Shown: positions 19,907-20,000 of the stretch, one piece after another | Layout: each line of letters begins with the position of its first letter | Numbering within the stretch: the first letter of the stretch is position 1 | Source of the DNA: Catajapyx aquilonaris | Taxonomy: Eukaryota | Assembly (NCBI GenBank): GCA_000934665.2 | Contig: JYFJ02001598.1 | Span: forward strand, 55,324 to 75,323 | DNA: 20,000 nucleotides | Reading direction: 5' to 3' | Translations under genes and position numbers: made by a program | Notes under the pieces: model-generated | What the model was told of the DNA's origin: nothing | The model's database searches: none | The model's input: the letters and a program-made list of their open reading frames with translations, nothing else

Positions 19907-20000
19907 CGAGGGGTGTTATATAAGTTCGTGGTTTCGCCTAGAAGGAGAAGCAAATGCGGAAGCTAAACATCGCCATTAAATCGAGCCACCCTTCAAACCC
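19907..20000. mobile_element. Probable mariner-type element terminus inserted into the R1 LINE (runs off the window)
   Basis: LINE homology ends at TA (19905-19906), followed by CGAGGGGTGTTATATAAGT, a typical mariner TIR start (TA|CGAGGGxxGTTxxAxAAGT). The other end is not in the window. Confidence 0.6.

Overview
Eukaryotic, very probably arthropod (insect-like), intergenic or intronic DNA dominated by transposable elements. No intact host gene, rRNA, bona fide tRNA or CRISPR array is supported, and most of the supplied ORFs are spurious. I can delimit several non-autonomous DNA transposons by their terminal inverted repeats (TIRs) and target-site duplications (TSDs): Tc1/mariner and pogo-like (TA), piggyBac (TTAA), Mutator (9 bp) and Harbinger-like (AAT). 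The window also holds tRNA-derived SINEs, decayed LINE fragments (a clear R1-clade RT; weaker Jockey-like and other RT relics), a decayed hAT transposase and two long (TAA/ATT)n tails. Nested insertions are common. The most unusual structure is a 950-bp fold-back mariner-type element (14006-14955) built from two convergent transposase 5' ends. Its arms are about 93% identical upstream of the ATG but only about 77% identical in the coding part, and a perfect 41-bp palindrome sits where the left arm stops. All family assignments come from by-eye motif recognition, not database searches.
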